Below are positions 60,883-64,000 of a stretch of 64,000 nucleotides of DNA, in pieces. The stretch lies in assembly GCA_965263035.1 (NCBI GenBank), contig OZ253580.1, positions 4,992,001 to 5,056,000 of the forward strand. Reading direction: 5' to 3'. Position 1 is the stretch's first letter, and each line of letters begins with the position of its first letter. The stretch is from Acidobacteriota bacterium (lineage in GTDB: Bacteria > Acidobacteriota > UBA6911 > RPQK01 > JAJDTT01). Made by a program: the position numbers and the translations under genes. The notes beneath the pieces are model-generated. The model saw only the letters and a list, made by a program, of their open reading frames with translations. It did no database searches and had not been told where the DNA came from.

Positions 60883-62090
60883 GTGCGCCGTGGAAAGGCG
60901 CTGTTTCTCAGTGGGTGCGAATCCCACCCGGCAACTGTCGCTCCAGCCGGTAGCAGTCGGAGCGGTTCATAGAGGCAACGATATGGACTGAAGCACTCCG
61001 ATGTCAAAGGGTCGCTTTAGGCGACTCAGCGAGTCCGCAGGCCGCAACATGTGAACGCTGAGCAGGCCTCGAAACGGGTAATGCGGAAGCCGACCCGCCT
61101 GAGAAACGCACGAAGGCTGCCAGCGGTCGGGAAGCGAGCGACGCAAGCACCGGCCGGCTCCGCCGGGGTAATGGCGGTGGCATGTGGACAAGAGGGAGAC
61201 AGCAGCAACACGGGAAGCCCCGCCGGTGGCGTGGCACGCGTCAACCGGGAACCCGTGAGGGCCAGCCTGGGCCGTCGGGGTGGCGGAGAGGCCCGTAGTA
61301 CTGGAGAAGCCGGGTAACGCCGGTGGAGGGAAGGGGCCTTGGTTCGAGAACCGCGTTGGACGGGGAAAAGGACGTGAAGACTGGTGAGAACCTAGTAGCT
61401 TCAGAGAAAGTTCAGAGACTCCGGAAGACGCTCCATGCGAGCATCGAAGGAGGCTCCGGGCTTCCGGTTCTACTCGCTGTGCGACAAGGTGTGGCGGTTG
61501 GACGTGCTCCGTGTGGCCTGGCAGGAGGTCCGCCGCAACGGCGGGTCGGCCGGGGTGGACGGGGAGGCGATCGCCGACATCGAGTCGTCGGGGGTGGACG
61601 GGTGGCTCGGGGAACTGGCGCGGGACCTGAAGGAAGGGACCTACCGGCCCAACGCGGTGCGGCAGGTTCTGATCCCGAAGAAGCAACGCGGGAAGTTCCG
61701 GCCTTTGGGCATTCCGTGTGTGCGGGATCGGGTGGCGCAGACGGCGGCAATGTTGGTGTTGTCGCCGATCTTCGAAGCCGATCTGGCCCCGGAACAATAT
61801 GCCTATCGGCCGGGCCGGAGCGCGGGCGATGCCGTCAAGCACGTGCACCGACTGCTGAACCGGGGCCACCGCGAGGTGGTGGACGCCGACCTGACGGACT
61901 ACTTCGGCCAGATCCCCCATGCCCAACTGATCAAGTCCGTGGCCCGCCGCATCAGTGATGGGCGGGTGGTGGGTTGGATCAAGGCTTGGTTGGAGATGGC
62001 GGTGGAGGAAGAGGACGGCTGCGGCGGACGACGCCGAACGACCCGGGCGCGGCAAGAGAGGAAAGGGACCCCGCAAGGGGCGCCCATTAC
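60883..62090 (+). mobile_element. Group II intron, 5' part (domains I-IV with truncated RT)
   Basis: GTGCG 5' end, GCGAATCCC hairpin, GCCGACC...GAAGGC EBS1 stem, GAAGCCGGGTAACGCCGGTGGAGGGAAGGGGCC domain III-type block, then the RT ORF. Domains V and VI are not in the window. Confidence 0.88.
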
Positions 62091-63747
62091 GCCCCCAACG
62101 CAAAAGGCAACTTTGGGAAAAAGGGCTCGGCTGCGACGAATTCGGAGCCAGTTTGCCGGGCGAGGAACCGCCCGCTTCCGTCACCGGTATCGAATGGCGA
62201 ATCGTGATCTCCCCGTCGTCCACCAGGACTTCCTTCACCAGTGCGCGTAGCACCTTCTGCCGCTCCCTGACCCCCAGCGTCCCGGCGCCGGCCCGCAACC
62301 GTTCCCGGAAACTCTCCAGCGTCTCGGCGACCCGCAGGTGCCGCTCCCGTTCCTCGACGGCGCTCTCGACCGCTTCCAGTTCGGCCTCCACCGCCTGCGT
62401 CCGACTCCGTAGCGGCGGCATCCGCCGGCGCAACTCGTCCAGCCCGATCAATTCCTCCTGGTATGCCGTCACCAGCCGGGCGCCCGCTCGTTCCAACCGC
62501 TTCCGCTCCCCTCGCAGTTCCGCCACCCGCCGCTGTCGCGGATCCGTCCGGCGCCCCGCCTCCAGCCGACGCTCCAGCTCGGCCTCCAGTAGCGCCGGAT
62601 CTTCCAGCAACCTCACCAACTCGCCCCACACCACCGCGTCCAGCCGGTCCTGGCGCACCGGCCGGCTCGCGCAACGCGCGCCCCCCTCGTAGCGCCAGCC
62701 GTCCGTGCCCAGGCAGCGGTAGTAGTACAGCTTCCGCTTCGTCGTCCGCGTCGACGCCCGGTAGTACGCATATCCGCAGCGCCGGCACACCAACATGCCC
62801 TGCAGCAGCGTCGGCTCCTTCGTCCGTCGCGTTGAATGCCGCTTGTTCGCCTCCAACTGCTCGCGCGCCTGCTCGAACCGCTCCGCGCTCACCAGCGCCG
62901 GAACCGGGATCTCGATCCACTCCTCCCTCGGCCGCTCTTGCCCGGCCACCCGGCGGCTCGCGTATTTCCCCGGCCTCCGCAAGGGCCGCGTCACCCTCTG
63001 CCTCTCGCCGGTCCCGGTCTTGCCGTAACCGGCCCGCCCGGAGTAGGCCGGATTGCGCAGCATGGCCCAGATCACCGAGCGGTCCCAGCGTTGCTTGCCG
63101 GTCCGCGTCGGAATCCCCTGCTCCGTCAGCCGGCGCGCGATCTCCCCGATGCTGCAGGGATCCTGCGCATACCAGTCGAACACCTGCCGCACCACCTCCG
63201 CTTCCCGCGCCAAGACCTCGTAGCGCGCCTCCATTCCTTCGCTCCGCTTCACGTACCGGTACCCGTACGGCGCTCCCGAGAGCACGCTCGGCGAACCCTG
63301 GCGCGCCTTGTAGCGCTTGCCCCGCCGGCTGCGCTCCATGATTTGCGCCCGCTCGTACTCGGCGATCATGCCCTGCACCTGCACCAGCAGGCGCTGCTGG
63401 GGCGTCTCCGCCGCCGGCGTCTGCACGAACTCGCACGCCACCCCGCTCCGCTCGAACTCCTCCAGCAACAGCACCTGGTAGGCGTACTTGCGGCTGAGCC
63501 GGTCCGGCGACAGCACCAGCACCGCCTCGAGGCGCCCCTCCGCGGCCAGGTCGCGCACGGCCTCCAGGCCGGGCCGGTCCAGGCGCGCCCCGCTGAAGCC
63601 GTCGTCCTCGAACACCCACTCAGGCGGGACGACGTAACCGCGCTTGCAGGCGCGCTCTCGAAGGGCGGCCGTCTGGCTGGCGATCGTCCCGCTCTCCTTC
63701 TGGCGGTCCGAGGACACTCGGGCGTAGATGGCGGCGACTCTGGCCAT
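60967..63747 (-). CDS. Large serine recombinase (recognisable part ~62090-63747, frame reads on through the antisense intron)
   Basis: AIYARVSS catalytic Ser, DDGFSG, RPGL, DRLSR, PYGY, LRNPAY.G, zinc ribbon C..CG/YYRC and coiled coil. Confidence 0.92.
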   Translation of the reverse strand: MARVAAIYARVSSDRQKESGTIASQTAALRERACKRGYVVPPEWVFEDDGFSGARLDRPGLEAVRDLAAEGRLEAVLVLSPDRLSRKYAYQVLLLEEFERSGVACEFVQTPAAETPQQRLLVQVQGMIAEYERAQIMERSRRGKRYKARQGSPSVLSGAPYGYRYVKRSEGMEARYEVLAREAEVVRQVFDWYAQDPCSIGEIARRLTEQGIPTRTGKQRWDRSVIWAMLRNPAYSGRAGYGKTGTGERQRVTRPLRRPGKYASRRVAGQERPREEWIEIPVPALVSAERFEQAREQLEANKRHSTRRTKEPTLLQGMLVCRRCGYAYYRASTRTTKRKLYYYRCLGTDGWRYEGGARCASRPVRQDRLDAVVWGELVRLLEDPALLEAELERRLEAGRRTDPRQRRVAELRGERKRLERAGARLVTAYQEELIGLDELRRRMPPLRSRTQAVEAELEAVESAVEERERHLRVAETLESFRERLRAGAGTLGVRERQKVLRALVKEVLVDDGEITIRHSIPVTEAGGSSPGKLAPNSSQPSPFSQSCLLRWGRNGRPLRGPFPLLPRPGRSASSAAAVLFLHRHLQPSLDPTHHPPITDAAGHGLDQLGMGDLAEVVRQVGVHHLAVAPVQQSVHVLDGIARAPARPIGILFRGQIGFEDRRQHQHCRRLRHPIPHTRNAQRPELPALLLRDQNLPHRVGPVGPFLQVPRQFPEPPVHPRRLDVGDRLPVHPGRPAVAADLLPGHTEHVQPPHLVAQRVEPEARSLLRCSHGASSGVSELSLKLLGSHQSSRPFPRPTRFSNQGPFPPPALPGFSSTTGLSATPTAQAGPHGFPVDACHATGGASRVAAVSLLSTCHRHYPGGAGRCLRRSLPDRWQPSCVSQAGRLPHYPFRGLLSVHMLRPADSLSRLKRPFDIGVLQSISLPL
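61374..62090 (+). pseudogene. ltrA: Group II intron reverse transcriptase/maturase, frameshifted (~61440) and truncated at PQG
   Basis: RFYSL.DKV, N.GSAGVDG, IPK, RPLGIP.VRDRVAQ, YAYRPGRS, VVDADL.DYF..IPH, GTPQGAPI. YADD motif absent from the window. Confidence 0.9.
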
Positions 63748-63889
63748 GGTTCAAGTCCTCCTCTCGCGCGAGCCGGACCGGCTGCTGCCGGACGGGGGCG
63801 AGTCGTTCGTAGGCGCCGGCCAGCCGGTCGGGCAGATGGCGGTCGAAGCGGTACTCGAAATGCACCGCCAACGGCCCATCCTCAGCCAT
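63620..63889 (-). CDS. Small hypothetical protein overlapping the recombinase start
   Basis: Start overlaps the upstream gene's stop (CATGGCTGA). Sequence begins V.FEYRFDR...LA.AYE.L.P. Coupled operon arrangement. Confidence 0.5.
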   Translation of the reverse strand: MAEDGPLAVHFEYRFDRHLPDRLAGAYERLAPVRQQPVRLAREEDLNHGQSRRHLRPSVLGPPEGERDDRQPDGRPSRARLQARLRRPA

Positions 63890-64000
63890 GCGGCTCCCGG
63901 GAGGCGAGCCAAGCGCGCAGGGCCCGCGCCACCACTTCGCTGACGGCGGTGCCCGTCGCGGCCGAACGCTCCCGCAAGCGTCGGATCAGGCCGCGCGGCA
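63882..64000 (-). CDS. 3' end of a ribbon-helix-helix-like protein (partial)
   Basis: Reads PRGLIRRLRERSAATGTAVSEVVARALRAWLASREPHG*, a CopG/RHH-like pattern. Runs off the window end. Confidence 0.55.
   Translation of the reverse strand, partial: PRGLIRRLRERSAATGTAVSEVVARALRAWLASREPHG

Noticed and set aside
60870-60991. C-terminal tail ACISQCAVERR...MD as part of Avs2
   Set aside because: From 60883 onward it is translation of the intron 5' end.
61374-62090. RT as a retron, DGR or defence-associated RT paired with avs2
   Set aside because: It is embedded in recognisable group II intron RNA motifs with a GTGCG start and has the intron-type RT0 region.
60967-62090. C-terminal 370 aa of the 926-aa LSR as a real protein domain
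   Set aside because: It is the antisense translation of the RT and intron. Long open antisense frames are expected at this GC content.
1-64000. CRISPR array, rRNA or integron attC cassette array
   Set aside because: No regularly spaced repeats or rRNA-like sequence were seen. The integrase lacks the IntI-specific insertion, and no attC-like sites were found between cargo genes.

Overview
GC-rich bacterial chromosomal window. The DUF1549/DUF1553/DUF1501 cluster, sulfatase, Tat-exported oxidoreductase and many catabolic genes suggest an Acidobacteriota- or Planctomycetota-like organism (inference only). The backbone is housekeeping and catabolic genes (pyk, glnS, transporters, amidohydrolases, aminotransferases, radical SAM) overlaid by several mobile-DNA events. 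(1) A ~6.3 kb tyrosine-integrase element at 17364-23625 has inserted into the hairpin of a REP-like extragenic palindrome. It has an 11-bp core duplication, paired arm-type repeats and IHF-like sites, and an intact sister REP pair lies at 41656-41722. Its cargo includes a MepA-like peptidase with a putative immunity partner and an inserted IS. (2) The right end holds a nested set: an Avs2-like anti-phage gene is interrupted by a group II intron, whose RT gene is in turn cut at the conserved PQG motif by an antisense large serine recombinase element with no stop codon of its own. (3) There are two MITE families, an IS4-family element with a DUF4338-like fusion, and a displaced duplicate gene 3' end bracketing a BCCT transporter. 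An 844-aa protein appears to be a tandem, subfunctionalised FBP aldolase/phosphatase (class V FBPase). No rRNA, complete tRNA or CRISPR array was seen. All family calls come from motif recognition, not database searches.
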